A DNA stretch of 62,245 bases, the filler included, from Basidiobolus ranarum (lineage: Eukaryota), in assembly GCA_040143965.1 (NCBI GenBank). It is 24 parts of 24 records of this genome, joined end to end, with 100 filler letters (N's around TTAATTAATTAA, not from the genome) between each part and the next. Parts side by side here need not be neighbours in the genome. Positions count along the whole stretch, not along the records: positions 33,842 to 36,337 come from JASJQH010010147.1; positions 36,438 to 38,933 come from JASJQH010010148.1; positions 39,034 to 41,528 come from JASJQH010010149.1; positions 41,629 to 44,119 come from JASJQH010010150.1; positions 44,220 to 46,710 come from JASJQH010010151.1; positions 46,811 to 49,301 come from JASJQH010010152.1; 18 more parts are not named here. One strand, given 5' to 3'. Shown piece after piece: positions 35,387-47,233 of the stretch. The notes under the pieces are model-generated. The model made no database searches. It was not told where the DNA came from and saw only the letters and a program-made list of their open reading frames with translations. Within the stretch, counting starts at the first letter, position 1. Every line of letters begins with the position of its first letter. The position numbers and the translations under genes are program-made.

Positions 35387-36337
35387 TGCATCAAGACATC
35401 TACATCCTATACAAACCATATTGTAGAACTCTTTGAAGAGTGTTGAGTTTGTTTCAACAAAAGATGAAAGAAATACTTCCTGATGATGTAAGTATAGCAC
35501 ACAACTTCAATAGAACACATTCTGAACCAAAATATACATTAGGCCCTCTTGTCTGACAAAAGAAAGCAAATAATAGAAAAGTACTAGTGTTTGACTTCTC
35601 ACATCTGAATCTCAAGAGGTATAGTATTGTTGAATAAAAATGTATAAGGGTATGTAATTAACACATATTGTAGTTTTGAAGAGCAAAAAGAAAGTGGACA
35701 TTACATGCAATATATTTTTTCTAATCTCATAAAAATCGATGGTTACCCTGCCGAGGTTACTATTTACAAGCCAAAACCAAAGCATCTTGGTACCAGCAAG
35801 GAAGACTACACTCTTGAAGATTTGAGAAAAGCCTTTCCGCAAGATGAAATTCGAGTGATTATTACTTAACAGCAATTGATCCTGGTCGCTCTTGTGTCTT
35901 CACGTCCGCGTCTGGCGGTGAAGGTGGAAAATACCAAGTAAGAAGACTTACCAGAAAGGAGTATGATGGGTGCTCTGGTTCCAGAAGATTAGTGAAAGAA
36001 GAACTGGAAAGAGCAAAAAGCAAAGAAATGCTTTCTATCTTTGAAAACACGCCTACCTCAAAAACCATCTCAAGTATAATCAGAGTAAGATCCCTATTAT
36101 CGCTTTCGACAATGGTATGAAGGGAAAGGATTCAGCAAAGCTCTACGGGCATCAGGTGGGTTTAACTGGAAGTCTGTATCGCCTCTTAAAGCGTCGAGAG
36201 AACGAAGGAAGACTTTTGGTAGCATGTGTTAATGAGTTTCGAACGTCAAAGGTAAAATCAAGCATAGTGGGCTTTTATTGTCGTAAGACAACTAACATTT
36301 GTGAATAGGTATGTCATTGTTGCAAACAAGCAGACAT
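35387..36337 (+). pseudogene. Fanzor1 (eukaryotic TnpB/IS200-IS605-derived RNA-guided endonuclease) remnant with spliceosomal introns
   Basis: In order: TSTSYTNHIVELFEE; VFDFSHLNLK[intron 35619-35673]SFEE...FSNLIKIDGY (FxxxIxTDG-like); YYLTAIDPGRSCVFT (RuvC-I Asp at 35878); QVRRLTRKEY...PTSKT; KIPIIAFDNGMKGK...LYRLLKRRENEGRLLVACVNEFRTSK (RuvC-II Glu at 36234); [intron 36252-36308]; VCHCCK (zinc finger). Frameshifts and deletions are present, and the contig ends before RuvC-III. Confidence 0.82.
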
Positions 36338-36437
36338 NNNNNNNNNNNNNNNNNNNNNNNNNNNNNNNNNNNNNNNNNNNNTTAATTAATTAANNNNNNN
36401 NNNNNNNNNNNNNNNNNNNNNNNNNNNNNNNNNNNNN

Positions 36438-36661
36438 ACATGTAGAATATGTTAAGGAAGGTCCCAGGAACATGTGTGCAAAGTTTGGGGCTTCTAGCAC
36501 AAGTTTGAAAAATCTATATATCTGAGAACTTCTAAGTTGGTAAAAATAGTACAAGTAAATTTCAATTGAGAATAATTGATAATATCTTAGTGAATTTTAT
36601 GATAACTAAGTACTAAGCTATATATGAGCGTATAGGTGTTTAGGCAATGCTAATTTCAACA
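36438..36661 (-). repeat. Copia family B LTR (partial) abutting the CACTA transposase
   Basis: Ends ...TAGGCAATGCTAATTTCAACA, as do the other family B copies. Confidence 0.85.
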
Positions 36662-38933
36662 TAGATTACCTCATAACTAAAACAATAATACTGCATATCT
36701 TGATCTATCTCACCAAGAAGTCTGTCTTGCTGCTTTCCTAGAAATACCATCAGATTATTACACAAACAAATTGGTTCAAAACATAGAGGTACTTACTCTA
36801 TGTCCATGGATTGGGCTTTGTTGCAGTTATTGTGCTCAAACAATGCAAAAACTCATGAGCACATTTAAGAGATCCCTTTGTTGGAAGGCTAGTATACTCT
36901 GGAGTCTCCTTAACTCATTACTTTACATCCATTGCCAATTGTGCTTATATATTGTTAATCAGATTAGCATACAGTAATACTGATGATTTCACACAGAGCA
37001 TCATTTCACCACAAGTGCACTCCATTGGGAACTCCCAGAATGTTAAGCAAGGGCCTATAATCTCTAAGAACTGAGAAAGATGCAGCAGGGAATGTATTGA
37101 ATTCCAGCATAGATATAGTCTATCTTCTTGAAACCTTTAATAAAGTTTTTCATATCCAATTACAAAATCTTTGCACAATTGTCGTATCTGCATGAGATCT
37201 GCCAATGTGAGTTGATGCAATGAGAATATAAGAAGAATATCCACAAACAGCTCCCAATGTTGCCAATAGTTATTAGGCAGAAATATTTTCAAGATTTCAC
37301 TTGAATATATAATAATCCAAATCTTCAAGTCTTTGCATTTGAATAAGCTCCTATATGAGTCAATATTGATGGGAGTCCTGGTAAAATATGATGGTATCTT
37401 GACATTTTCAAGCATTTTCCCAATTGATTCCAGTTTTGATGCTATCTTGAATGGCTCATTCATATTGAATCTTCAACTATGAAGCTGAGTGAGTAGTTTT
37501 GGAATGTGGTTGAATAGTAGGTGCATAGTTCCTTATGAGACACTCTGGCTCCAGCTGATCCCCTTTAACAATATATATTGGGAAAATATGGGCTGTTTGG
37601 AGGAGCTTTACAAAAGTGGAGTTGCAAATAGCTTTGTGAGATAATTATTTATTGTCCAGAAATAAAGCATTTATACATTTTGATGGAAATACAGAAACTA
37701 ACACTGGGGTTGTGCTCAGAACATCTGTGGGAGTAAAAAGAGCTATATTTGGGGCAATTGGGACAAGTTTGAAATTTCCAATACGGAATTGCTAATTCTC
37801 AGATTATTCATATATTTATATAATATATGTTCTGATTTTCAGTTAAGTGATATTTGACTAAGTAATGTTAACTGACTTATATGCAATATAAGAAATAGTT
37901 AGATGTATAGAGATAGGGATAACAAATATGATAGAGACAATAAGCTTCAACAATATAACCTTGGGCTTATGGCTAATATCAAGTTTGATGTTGGACTGAC
38001 TCTTGGGTGAATTGATGTGAGTGATCATGTTGAAATCTGACTGGTCTGTTGAAGGTAATATCATGGAGTTTAGTTTTGTATTTGGATAGTAGATATGCAT
38101 ATACCTGATAGAGTAGACTCCATTGCTTTAACAAAATCTACAGCAAGAATGTGCATTGTTTCTGCAAAACCTCCAAGTTTGCTGATGGCAGGAGTGTCAC
38201 CTATGCATACATTGATATTAGCTTCAATAAAATATTCACCCATCTCAACCCCATTAGATAACCATTAAAATTCTGCAATGAAAGGCTGCAAGGAGCTGTC
38301 TATGAGTGCTGGTTATTTAAGTCTGGGTATGATGGATAGTATCAAGATATTATGACTCTTATACTACTCAGAAGGAGGAAGATTGAAGTTAATTAAAACT
38401 ATTGGCATGCAAGCCTTTCCAATGGTATATCTGTTTAACAAGAAACCATCCAGAGCCAATGCAAATACTTCATCACATGTGATCTCAAAGAAAGCTTGAC
38501 TTTTCAGTTTCTGGTAGTGATATCCATCAAGTATGTTGGTAATACATCAGCTTTATGGTGAGTACTCTGGTATTGCATCAATGATCTATACTTTGATGAT
38601 TTCATCAACACTTTGAGATGGGGAATCATTGGTATATAAGCCAAATATGAGCAATATTTACCTTATTCAGTGATTGTCAATTGTGTGCAAGCAGTACATT
38701 ACTTCAAGTTTTTTAGATCACTGGTGAAAGCCAAACAACCATTTGGCCATGAAGGTAGTTTAATTACTGAAGGATTGTAAGTCTTCCAATTGACAAGTGT
38801 GTTCCACTTGTACCAGGTCTGTGGCAAGCAACCGTTGCCAATCAACTGTGGTAAAAGTGTAAGAAAGCCAATAAACACCTGGTTGCTAAGATTGGATTGA
38901 AGTCTCCACTCCTCAATAATCAAAGCTGCTTCC
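36662..38933 (-). mobile_element. Degenerate CACTA Tnp2 transposase, central to C-terminal part
   Basis: PNGCLAFT, ALDGFL, NFNLPPSE, IGDTPAISKL, MHLLFNHIP, IPSYFTRTP...HWELFVDI...FVIGYEKLY, GPCLTFWEFPME (DUF4218-like). Colinear with 10850-11970. Confidence 0.87.
37576..37952. repeat. Solo LTR (fourth type, 377 bp) with 5-bp target-site duplication ATATA
   Basis: Absent at the equivalent position of the CACTA copy in contig 5 (about 10990). Termini TATTGGG (mutated TG) ...TTCAACA, flanked by ATATA at 37571-37575 and 37953-37957. Confidence 0.8.
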
Positions 38934-39034
38934 NNNNNNNNNNNNNNNNNNNNNNNNNNNNNNNNNNNNNNNNNNNNTTAATTAATTAANNNNNNNNNNN
39001 NNNNNNNNNNNNNNNNNNNNNNNNNNNNNNNNNC

Positions 39035-39358
39035 ATATATATCACGTCGAAAACTTTGGGCTTACCACCTGCCGTCCACCATGCCTCGGACCTGTTGCCA
39101 ACATTCCTTCAAACTGCTAGGTTGACTCCACATGAAACTCTGGTTGCGCAGAAATTGGTTGAATACTGGGTCCGGTTTGCATATGGCGAGGACTTATCGC
39201 ATAGTGGTTGGAACAGCTTTGACACCGGCAAGGTTATGTTATTTGGACCTGATTCAGTAAGCCGCGAAACTGAGGATGACAGGTCTGTTGCTCAAATGAA
39301 TTTCTACAGTAAATATGTGAACGAGGCCTTCTTATCAAACGCAACATCAACGAAATGA
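39035..39358 (+). CDS. Type-B carboxylesterase/lipase, C-terminal part
   Basis: PAVHHASDLLPTF (catalytic His motif), then VAQKLVEYWVRFAYG...WNSF...MLFG, typical of the carboxylesterase C-terminus. 5'-truncated. Confidence 0.72.
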   Translation: MYITSKTLGLPPAVHHASDLLPTFLQTARLTPHETLVAQKLVEYWVRFAYGEDLSHSGWNSFDTGKVMLFGPDSVSRETEDDRSVAQMNFYSKYVNEAFLSNATSTK

Positions 39359-42300
39359 GCTTTTATGATAAATATGTAAACAAGAATCCTCACTCCAGGC
39401 ATCAATAAAATCATTCAGTTTGCATACTATCGAAATTCCCCAATTGACATGGTTCGTATACATTAATGAATATGTCGAGACACAGATCTCACAAAACCTG
39501 AGACAGGAATTTATGAGTATTTGTCCCGAGCCCCAGTTGAACTATACCGATGAATGACACCTGTACAAATGGTGATTTCAAATTCCATCTATCAATACGC
39601 CAAGAACTGGGCAACTCACGGCGTGGTACTACCAATTCGATCAACAAACATTCCAGTACTGGTGATGTCAAAATGAAAGTTTTGAAATGTCAAGATTATC
39701 GTTGTCTCCAAAAGGCGAATTTGACGACATTGTTAACCTTGAAACTGATCTTTTACCAATCATGGGCAAGGATATTCCTAATACAGATGAGATGTTTCAG
39801 CCTGTAATCGATGAAGAAGTCCTGCCTGATCAAATTGACGAAGTAATGGAAATTTTTATAAGGTACCCTTAATGCTCGGAACTAACAAAGATGAATACGG
39901 GCTCCTCCCACCCGCTCAATTACAAAACATCATTAATACTCAAGATGCCATTGGTGTTCTCTTTTTTAAAGCATTATTACTCACTCAGTACATACCATTG
40001 ATCCAAGCACTATCACATTAACATTCGCTTATACGCTTGATACTTGACAACAATCCTGCAGATATATTCATCGGTGGCACCTATGAATTCTCAGTATTCA
40101 AGCAATATCTATTCAAGTGCAAGTTTAATGGTTTATTTAAGTTCTACATATCTTGCCGATTGATTTTGATCACTGACCAGAATCTAGATTATTTGAAAAA
40201 TGTTATTGCGATTTATCGGGTGAAATGCAGTATTCCCTTGTTAACAGAAACTCGAGACAAAATGCATATGGCTTATCATAGCATCTTAGTGTTTGGTAAT
40301 AGTAAGATCAGCCCTATTGTTTCATTCGCCACCAATGTACTACCCATTTGTCACACATTGTCTTAATTTTCCTTGTCTAGAAATGATCCATTTTGGCATA
40401 TTTTTATTGCTGAAAGTATAGAATTCAATAGTTATTTTGCATACATTTAAACCTACACAAATATTGAACTCATTTAAACCAAAATTTGTAAAAAGTAAGG
40501 TTTATATAAATAATTTATTCATCACTTAAGTAATCATCACGCAAATATTAATGAATCTTGGATCAATTCATATCACACACAACTTCAAGGAATCTTCGCA
40601 TCCACTTTTGTTCTTATTTGCTAACGATGTACTACTTAGCTGCTATTTTGATCCTTCTTGCTTATAAAGGATCTCCTTACTCTAAGTTATAGAACTAGGA
40701 CTCAGTAGCTCTTGATTCACACTCGTAGAGGTTCTTATGGTTTTCCTATTACTTGACATCTTATTGTACTCTTCTATTTCAGATTAGAAAGAGCAAAGTC
40801 AAAGTTTAGTTAAATAATAAAATAGTTAATTACAAAAACATCAAGATAGCATTACATAACAGTATACAGTCGATTATGTTCGGCAACATTTGCACTCTCT
40901 TACCGGACAACCAACCATGTCTTGGTCAAGTGGCCATTTCTTGCACCTACTTTTCCCCCATTTCCTTTACTAAAAAGATAATAACGGATAGTGAAATTAA
41001 CTTCGAGACTCATAAATTTATGAAAAAATTGTGGCTCCAAAGTGGAATTGTATCGCACATACATATGGCCTTGAATTTAATAAAAACCAATTATTGCGTG
41101 ATTCTTTCATGACATTGCTTCTATATAAAGTGCATCATTATTCTTGTGGAAATTCCTGTTGACAAGTTTAAACAATGGCCAATATACTGCCACAGTATTT
41201 ATGGAGGATTTTAAGATAATAACGATAATATAAAGTATGAAACAGAATAGGCTTTGCACTTAAAAAGAGAATAGCGCGGAGAATATTAGTTTGATGAGAA
41301 AGTAAGGATAAGATAGGTATATTTTATTGGCAATAGGGAAAGATTGTTAGGAGAGGCTATGTAAATACATATGTATAGTGAATTACATTTTAACTGACAA
41401 GGCAAAACGAAATATTCATTATTCAGCTTTAAGATGCATATCTCGTTCATACAGCCGTGGCAACTGCAGCAGAGAATTGACCACTATGGCTAATTGTTAC
41501 TTTTATATTATTGATCCCAATGGCCTTGNNNNNNNNNNNNNNNNNNNNNNNNNNNNNNNNNNNNNNNNNNNNTTAATTAATTAANNNNNNNNNNNNNNNN
41601 NNNNNNNNNNNNNNNNNNNNNNNNNNNNAATACCTGGCACGATAGAGGGGAACAGATCCAATAAGGTCGGATACGATTTCATCCGTCTTCTAGTGATTTT
41701 AATATTTAGTCTCCGAAAATCCTCGCCCCAAGATTGAGAATTGAAAGAAAACCTTTGCCAGGAATTTGAACATCCTTTCGAAGGACCACTTCTCTGCAAT
41801 ATACTCCATCTCATCTTCTCACCCTGAAGATGGACACTTGTTCATTCTCTGGATGAACGGCATCACTCATTCTTCTACACCATTGCTTTTTCCCATGACT
41901 GTGACGATTCTCAAGTGGAATCAAGATCTCAAGCTGCCCTAATATCATTTTTGATCAATCGTGTGAAAGATCCTAGATATTCACAACAAAATGTCGACAT
42001 TATGTTGAAAGGAATGCCGGTAAGCGAATCATATTTGTCACATGAATCCTTCCTTGACCAAAAAAAGTCTAGCTATTTGCGAGATACCCATGAACTGGGA
42101 CTTGGAAATCAGAGAAATTCGAACAATATTTATCACATTTACATAGATCCTCCCTACGTATTCTTGGTTGGTCCAATGACCACCTTGAGAGACTCAGATT
42201 GGTACTCTTGGTTTCAATTTACTCGGCCACCGCTCCTGAATTGCCGACATCCATAAATAAAGCTGACATAAGAGATATCCCAATATATATCATGTGAATC

Positions 42301-42392
42301 CTATGAGATCCGTTAAATATAGAGCAATTTGAGTTCACTCCAAGTTATTAAACTCTCCGCTAGCAATTTTCTTCGAACATTCAAAATATATC

Positions 42393-43660
42393 ATGTCTGT
42401 TTCAAATAAACAAATTCGGTTTATGGAACGTCCCAAGGGAGAGGTCGATATCTCTCGTACTTTCAAAGAAGTAACCGAAACTATTTCCACTAAAAGCGAA
42501 GATTTGAAGCACGGTACTTTCTTGGTTAAAATTCATTACTTGAGTTTGGACCCAGCTATGAGGTAAGTGAAGTCCTCCTTTACTTGGACGGTTAAGCTAT
42601 TGGATATACATGTAGGCAGGTCTTTTAATTCCTTGGATTTATTTTTGAATAAGAGGGTGGATGAACAACGTTAGGTCATACATTGCACCTGTCGAAATCG
42701 GAAGCGTTATGAGAAGCATGTCTTTAGGAACAGTCATAGCTTCTCAACACTCTAAATATCAACCTGGTGATATTGTCTTGGGTGCTTTCGGTTGGCAAGA
42801 GTATGCGATAACCAATGGAGTTGAAGTTAAAAAAGTAAAGTAAGTAACCTTAAAACACCTGATTCTTCAGTTGTTACTCCAATTAATTTCTCGACTCTCC
42901 CAGTGTTCCCAAAGGTATACCAGTGAGAACCATGTTGAGTACTCTAGGTACCACCGGGTTAACTGCATTCTTTGGTCTTTTCGAAATCGGAAAGCCCAAA
43001 CCTGGCGATACTGTTATCGTATCTGGGGTAAGTCAAGAGTGAATACCTCACCATCCTTATTGAGGTACTAACTGAACAGCCAACTTAATATTTTAGGCTG
43101 CAGGTGCCACCGGTTCCGTTGTTGGTCAAATGGCCAAAATATGTGGATGTCGTGTAATCGGAGTTGCTGGATCCGATGAAAAATGTCGTTGGCTTAAAGA
43201 GGAGCTCGGATTTGATGTAGCATTAAACTATAAATCACCCACTTACTATGAAGAATTTGTCAAAGCCACTCCAAAGTATGTTGACGTTTACTTTGATAAT
43301 GTCGGTGGTCAAACATTGGAATATTCCCTACAGCGTATCAATCTCAACGGCAGAATTGTCGTTTGCGGTGGTATTTCGCAATATAACACATCTAAGCCAC
43401 AAGGTCCTAAGAATTACATGAACCTTATCTCCCAGCGCGCTAAGATGGAGGGATTTGTTGTGTTTGATTACAAAGACAAATACCCTCAAGCTATTGCAAA
43501 GATGACTGAATGGATCCTCAGCGGTCAACTCAAATTCAAGGAGCATATCGTCGATGGTTTGGAAAACGCGCCTCAGGGTTTGCTCGACCTGTTCAAGGGT
43601 GTAAATACTGGTAAAATGCTTGTTAAAGTTTCTGACGAAGCTACCAAGAGCAAATTGTAA
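42393..43660 (+). CDS. NADP-dependent MDR oxidoreductase (prostaglandin reductase/CurA-like); exons 42393-42562, 42654-42839, 42904-43027, 43097-43660
   Basis: Splices in frame: YLSLDPAMRGWMN, GTTGLTAFFG, VSGAAGATGSVVGQ, YFDNVGG, CGGISQYN, GVNTGKMLVKV. All three introns are GTAAGT...AG. Confidence 0.95.
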
Positions 43661-44219
43661 CCTATAAAACCTGATACAACAATCAAAGACCTCTATCACC
43701 AATAAATCTGTATTATGATGCATACTACATAAACATTGAATCTATTCATCCATAAACTATTCATCTTCAGCACAAGGTGATGATTGACTCGGTACCACAA
43801 GCACAGATGCACATTGATGAGCGTCATATTCTACTGAGGGACACTTTCAAACCACACTCCATGTTCGTCTCAGTTCTAATTCAATTTCTCTGATCGAACC
43901 GGTTTTGCAGCTGAAATTCTAATATTTGGAGTTTTAATTATTGAGTTATTGAAGATACGTATATGCTGCATTCCTATAACCCACGCTTTTTGGTGATGAA
44001 TCGTGAGCCTCAAACTAACAGGTATTTACCATCTGACATGATTGTCAAAAGACGATTTTGGGAATGATCCAGGGCGAGATACTGTTGTGTATATTGCAGC
44101 TTGCCGTACAAGTGAGACTNNNNNNNNNNNNNNNNNNNNNNNNNNNNNNNNNNNNNNNNNNNNTTAATTAATTAANNNNNNNNNNNNNNNNNNNNNNNNN
44201 NNNNNNNNNNNNNNNNNNN

Positions 44220-44370
44220 CATATGCCACCATATTGCAAGATCTTTAAATAAGTTGATTAAAATCAAATCTAACTTGACAATTTTATGATGGTAAGTAAA
44301 TGGTCAACCCCAAATGGATTAAAATTGTGATGGTTTTCCTACGGTTACATTCCTCAAATTTCTGATAGGG
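44220..44370. mobile_element. CACTA terminus abutting the PHIS element ORF2 region
   Basis: The reverse complement starts CCCTATCAGAAATTTGAGGAATG. Confidence 0.8.
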
Positions 44371-46270
44371 TGCTGTTGTGTGGCAGTACACATTAAACCA
44401 GTATGCCTGTTTGGTGGCATGCTCCTTATATTAGCTGATGAACCACACTTGTTGTGCTCTTGGCCTTTTTAGTAATGTTACTCTAATTCTAGTGGTGAGG
44501 CATATAGAGTCAACTTTTGAAATAGATTCCTTGTCAGGAGTTTCTTGAAATTTGAGGGATCTAGTATGTTTGTGCAATGAGCTGGACTGCTCCAACTTGC
44601 ATTCCAGAATATCTTCTGAGCCATTATATTTTCTTGCTTTTTCTTTATATCTCAGTTGATCACTCTTGCCATAGTATCCTGGAATGGTGTTTTGAACTGT
44701 GCAACCTCCATCAATAGTTGCTGCAAGCAGAATTCTGAAGGCATGAAGATATAGTTTTCTCTACACAGTAGAGTCAAACGTTTCTTTAACCTCTATTTAA
44801 TGCCCCCTTCCCCATCTTCTGCCAAGTTTATGAATAACTCCCATGTATCCAAGCAACAATTTATAGTGGTTACCTGGGCATCAGTAAAATTGTTAGGTGT
44901 GCACTGCTTTATGCCACTCACACCTTCATTTGACTGCTTGCATGAAATTTTTGAAATGGTGGTTTCCTGCACTAAAGTAGATTGTGAATCCAGAAGAATC
45001 TGTTTTGATAAGATATGTAACTATCATATATATCTATAATGTTAGACTTTACTAATTTCTATCAGAATTAGGGATCTTTTTATATAATTGGTTAAAATGA
45101 AAAGTATAGTGTGATTAAGCATAATTCATTTTCCTGTGAGCTGTTTTGATTTGCATGTCTAATAAATGGATTAAGATCAAACTATGATTAACTTTGTTGA
45201 TGCAGTATATTATATAATTGTGATATAATAACACCTATTGGAAGTAAAGAGAATAGTTAAAGCAAACAGAAATTTTATCAAGTAGAATGTAGGGAAATAC
45301 ACCAGGATAACTAAAATTCTTAGATAGATATCATTTACAAACCAGATCACTCTATATTATACTGGCTCAATTAAAATTAGTAACATGATCTCCATCTACT
45401 CTAAACAGTCATTGCTCATCAATCTAAAGCATCCACTGGCTTTGCAATCACCAGCTTAGAGGCTATATTTGAGGAATACTGTGGCTCATAAGTTCCAATA
45501 CCTCCCAGAAAGCACTTGGTCAATTTAATATGTTGCTACAGAAACTATTGCCTAATCAGATTTCAATGCACTATCAATGGTTGTAAAAGTAGAAGAAGCT
45601 TCTGTTCCAAGCTCCAGATAAGCGAAGATTATCCAGCTATGGTGATTAATGAAGTTGGGGATGCCTGTGACAGTAGATTCAGAGACTCTGGATTCCTTCT
45701 GTTTCCTGAAGTATCCCCAAATAAAGCTTATATCAGAATTATCCTTGACACATTTCCTGTAAGAATCAACAGGCTCATGAGCAACCAAAAGCTATTATAC
45801 TCTGGCAAGTATAAAGCTCTTGATGTAAAGTTCCAAGTACTGACAGATTTGAAAGGAAACATCATTTGGCTGTGTAGGCCACATCCAGGAAGTCACCATC
45901 ACAAAAGGCATTGGGCTGAGACACAAGCCTCACTTGCAACATATGAAAAGACTATGGCTGATTTAGCATCCATTGTGGAAGAATGAAGAAGGCTAGGATA
46001 TGTCATAGCTAACAAGAGGCCTAGAGAAGAGAAACTTACACAGAAGCAAAAGCTTTATGATCATATTTTCTTCCATTATAGATCAAGAGTAGAACATAGC
46101 TTTGGCTTCCTAAAGAGATATAGCATTGTGGCAGGAAAGTGTAGAAGAAAATCTATTGTGGGCCTCAATAAAAATTAGGTAAAGTAGTCAAAACCATGAT
46201 TAATTCTCAATACTTTGTACTCAAAGATATACATTCAGATCTCTAAACTTAAGACACTGTGAACAAAGCA
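44371..46270 (+). mobile_element. PHIS-type DDE_Tnp_4 element: transposase (+, about 45390-46260) and divergent ORF2 (-, about 45030-44430)
   Basis: ILDTFPVRINR...YSGKYKA.DVKFQVLTDLKGNIIW...PHPGSHH...MADLA...RSRVEHSFGFLKRY. Same layout as 18582-20744. Confidence 0.87.
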
Positions 46271-46810
46271 TTCAACATTCCCCAACAAAAATAAAATTGT
46301 TTTGATCCGGATTGGATCCACCCTCCAAAATAGCAAAACTGTCAAAGAACCGTCACAATATCATTGGCTTGCATTCTGCCAGGGATTCTGATGGGATAAT
46401 GGTGGTTTCTTGATGATATTCATACATGTTAAAATATTGATCCTCAAATTTGGCATGCATAATTCAATATCCAGCAATTTTTGTAAAAATATAATTTTCA
46501 AACGGCAAATTACTGGGTTTACTGCTGTAGGAATTTGAATTAATATGCATGCCTTTATTTAGATATTTTAGGCTTTGTATTCCAGCCATAATGAGAATCA
46601 AAAAATACAAGAATCTTGTTGTGTTTAGTCTCTACATATGCACATATTTGACTGATTAGACATAACTCAACAACATCAATATGCTTTACCAGCAAACTAA
46701 CAGTGGAAAANNNNNNNNNNNNNNNNNNNNNNNNNNNNNNNNNNNNNNNNNNNNTTAATTAATTAANNNNNNNNNNNNNNNNNNNNNNNNNNNNNNNNNN
46801 NNNNNNNNNN

Positions 46811-47233
46811 TTATTGTCCCACTTACCAAATTCTTCACACCATTATGAAAATTTGCATATCCAGAGTCAGATATACTGGCAAAAAAGCCAAATTTCACCA
46901 TGGAACCAGGTACATCAGTTGGAAGAGTGCTAAATTTGGAAGTTTATCCAACACCTGGCACCTCTCAACAAGCCAAAACACAAGCAAATAGAACCTATGG
47001 CTCTCTATCCTCAACTAGTACTTTCCAAAGTATTGAAATTAGTGACAAACTTAACAGCAGGCAAAAAGCTGCATAAACACTGCAAAGCACCTTCAGTAGT
47101 GTCACACTACAAAGATGTACAAAAATAGTCAAGATGCTTGAGGAGTATTTTCAATAGTATGAAGGGAAAAACATAGTGCAAGTATGCAGAAAGTGGCTTC
47201 AGAAGAAGAACATTCAACTTTACATTCAGTCTG
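46811..47233 (+). mobile_element. CACTA ORF2 fragment interrupted by an inverted copy of the same family
   Basis: Homologous to 59030-59456 and to the reverse complement of about 47720-48140. Confidence 0.8.

Noticed and set aside
36338-38933. Linking the Fanzor relic to the CACTA transposase that follows it
   Set aside because: They are on different contigs separated by a spacer, so there is no evidence that CACTA or PHIS is the Fanzor carrier.
39489-42256. Short ORFs, including an acidic 61-aa ORF and possible exons at 41629-41830 (-)
   Set aside because: They might be gene relics, but I found no family motif or complete gene model.
46270-46530. Possible opposite CACTA end (…ACTGCTGTAGG) after the PHIS transposase
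   Set aside because: Only a weak resemblance to the CTGTTAGGG terminus and seen once.
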